DNA from: Vicugna vicugna | Lineage: Eukaryota | Reading direction: 5' to 3' | Assembly (NCBI GenBank): GCA_013265495.1 | Contig: MU061506.1 | Coordinates: 1,364,001 to 1,428,000 of the forward strand | DNA: 64,000 nt | Shown: positions 61,231-64,000 of the stretch, piece after piece | Layout of the letters: each line of letters starts with the position of its first letter | Numbering within the stretch: the first letter of the stretch is position 1 | Position numbers and translations under genes: made by a program | The notes under the pieces: model-generated | What the model was told of the DNA's origin: nothing | The model's input: only the letters and a program-made list of their open reading frames with translations | Database searches by the model: none

Positions 61231-62659
61231 TATAATTTCAAGGGTTTACAGATTGCACTCCCTTTCTAAAATGAAGGGCATCCACAGACATTCTAGGGAG
61301 CAATAAGCCTCACCCAGGTGAGCCATCTCAGCTGGAAGTGTTGGAAAAGAAAAATGCAAAAGCCAATGGGTAATACTGAAGGTATGTGCTAGTCCCAGTG
61401 GTAGCCTGGAGAGGAATGGTGAGCACTCATGATGAGAAGCCAGGAGTGGCTTCTGAAAGGAGGAGCTGCTTGGGCTGGATCCTCAAGAATGAGCTCATGG
61501 TTCACGAAGTCTCTTTGGAATTTTGGGTTCTTAAGTTGTAAAATACAGGGCTGGATGATCTCTGAGGTTTTTTCCCAGCCATGTTGTTTTATAATTTCAT
61601 GGCGTTCAGAAGATGCTCATAAAAGCCCATGTGCTCCCACTCACTGGCTCCTCTTGACCCTGATCTTTAACGTCACTACCATGCCTTTCTCCCCAGAAGA
61701 CATAATCAGAACTAGTTTAGAAGAAAGAGGAGATATGGTATAAGACTTCCTTTGCAAGAAAAGAGTCCATGATTCAAGGTGTCTCCTCTTTAAATAGAGA
61801 AATGGGGAAAATCCTCCTTTTTCCCTCCCCACCCTGCCTTGAGGATGTCTCAATTGGCAGATATTTTGTCAATAAGTAAGGGAAGGCTTCCGTCTGTGCT
61901 GCTGAAATTGTGGGCAGGGTCACCAAAGAGTGACCACGTAGGGCAGGAACATATGAAAACATTTCTCAGAAAACAGCATTTCTTCCTTCTCAGTTGAGAC
62001 AATGTTTTGTTTTTGTTTAGGAAACATAGAAACTGAGAATGAACAAGCTGTATTGGGTCATCTAATCTTCCCCCCTGGGAGTGGACGAGTGGCTGCAGCT
62101 TGTTCATTCAATTCTTTTCCAGTTTCACATGGAGACTCCAGTGGCGGCTTTCACCAGACTCTGGACAATCGCTCTGTGTTTTAAGTCAATATTGCATGCG
62201 GATTGCTATGACATTGGAAGGAAAAGGAAAAGGAACCTCCAACAAAAACATTTGTTGAGGAGGACGATTAAAAGGAGTTAACTCTGTAGATAAATGTTAA
62301 AACTAAATAAGCATAAGGGTCACTATATTTCTCTATGCTGAGTAGCATATGAAAAGTAGCATTTCATCATTCTGATTAGCCAGTGGTAGAAAGGTAATTA
62401 TGCTCTGTTTCCTAACTGCAAGTGCATTATCTTGTGTTTGTCAAAGACTGCAAGATGATTGAATTTTGTACGTTCCTTGATTTAAAAAAATTTGTTTTTT
62501 AAAACGTACTGAATATGGTAATAAATGCTTTGAGCTTAGAAGGAATTCGTTATCATGTGTATGTTCTAAAAGGGTGTATATACCTATATTCTGAGTTCTG
62601 TTGAGTATTTGCTTTGTGTCAAATCATTATGTTAAATATTTGACATGAATTTCCTATGT

Positions 62660-62830
62660 CACTCCTCAGAAAACAGTGTGATGGGTTTTATCCCTTTTCC
62701 AGATAAAAAACAAAGAAACAATCAAAAACTGAACTCTACAACGTGCTCAATTTTTATAACTGCACATGGCTGTGTGGAGTTTGAGCTCAGCTCTATCTGA
62801 TTCCAAAACTATGAGCCACTATCTTTTACT
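62660..62830 (-). mobile_element. MIR SINE
   Basis: ttttatcccttttccagataaaaaacaaagaaac core. Confidence 0.6.
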
Positions 62831-62999
62831 TTGCATTCCCCACTAAACCTGGCAATATGTTAAGCAACTATCAGGCATTTTTTAAAAAATGTTTTTCAGT
62901 GCACTGCTCTTTTAGATAGAGAAGGGTGCCGGTTTACCACTTGATTTTATGTTTTGAGGAAAGTTGCTTCTGTTAAGAAATATATGGAGTGTATACTGC

Positions 63000-63200
63000 A
63001 GTTTCCAGACCATGACTGACTCGATTTGTACACTGGCTTTGCTTTGTTGACCCTGGGTGTGCTATGTAACACTTATGTAGTGTTAAACACTACATACTAG
63101 TCAGTTTCCCCATCTCTAAAATGAAAATTTGGTATGTCCTTCATGTGGTTATTATGAGAATTTAATGACTGGATATATGAAAGGCAGAGTATGGTTTAGA
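63000..63200 (+). mobile_element. MIR SINE
   Basis: tcagtttccccatctctaaaatgaaaat...gttattatgagaatttaatga core. Confidence 0.72.
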
Positions 63201-63904
63201 ATCTAAAATAAAATCAGATATTAAGTATAATGTGTTTTATTATTACATATTTATGACCATATTAATATCTTTATTAATGCTTTCACTGTTCAGTATATGT
63301 TCATTATTTGTATTATACTATATGCACATACTTTATTTGTATTATTGCTATCAGTACAGATCTCACCTCTCACTTGATCTGAAATCTCTTCATTATGTAT
63401 GTATTCCTTTAGATCTTAAATCTTTTTAGTTTTGTATGATTTGCTAATTGAATGTAAATACCTCTCAGAGGAATATTAGTTTAGTATTTATTTGCAGTCT
63501 AATTGCGAATTAATATATCAAATCGAGTCCTTTTCTACCCCGAGTCTGAAGAAGGAATTCCAAATGGATGAGTTCAGCAGCATAGGGTGGAAACTTAAAA
63601 GAAGATGCAAGGGGGGAAAATGGACTAAAATCAGAGCAAATAGGCTGTCTAGGAAAAACGAGCCTGCCTCACAGTTTGGTTTGTGCATTCCCTCGACTGA
63701 CTGACACTTAATACATGGGGTGAGTGCTCTTTCACAAACGAAGACATGACTTTCACTCAACCCCTCTGCGTGTGAGTTTCTTTGATATTTTTAGCAACTT
63801 CAAAGGTCAGGCAGTTATTTCAGTTACTCAGCTGACATAAAAGTGCTTTTGCAGTTGGAATTCCGTAATTATATATTGTATACATTTTTCAACAGTATCT
63901 GAAA

Positions 63905-63944
63905 AATAAAATTTATTAAAAATAAACATTTTATTAAAAATAAA
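63905..63944. terminator. Cluster of polyadenylation hexamers (3 on +, 2 on -)
   Basis: AATAAA at 63905, 63921, 63939; TTTATT at 63912, 63930. Function not shown. Confidence 0.35.
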
Positions 63945-64000
63945 ATCGCATTCAGCATTAGTACTTAAAATTTGTGCTTATGATGAAATAGTAGAAAAAC

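Noticed and set aside
1-64000. CRISPR arrays, rRNA, intact transposase or RT genes, operon-like systems
   Set aside because: None seen. The DNA is mammalian, and all TE coding remnants are degraded.

Overview
AT-rich mammalian DNA that looks intergenic or deeply intronic. Three tRNA-Ala-derived SINEs of the Vic-1 type point to a camelid (camel, llama or alpaca); this rests on recalled family structure, not a database search. I recognise no intact protein-coding gene. The only protein-derived sequence is a degraded, intronless retrocopy of the mitochondrial metalloprotease gene OMA1 (minus strand, 1 to about 1310, running off the left edge). A 3'-truncated U6 snRNA copy sits antisense inside it. 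The rest is mostly old repeats (MIR, L2, L1M, MLT1 and ERVL LTRs, MER2/5/8/33/58), a few younger insertions, microsatellites and two N gaps. I found no convincing new biological system. The best leads are: the nested, microhomology-primed U6 insertion; a Vic-1 dimer with a non-A 3' segment inside a single target-site duplication; a strong candidate microexon next to a unique CpG-retaining block; several splice-signal-bounded segments and a poly(A) signal cluster that could belong to an unannotated transcript; and two transcription-factor motif clusters. Repeat subfamily names and old-repeat boundaries come from recalled consensus sequences and are approximate.
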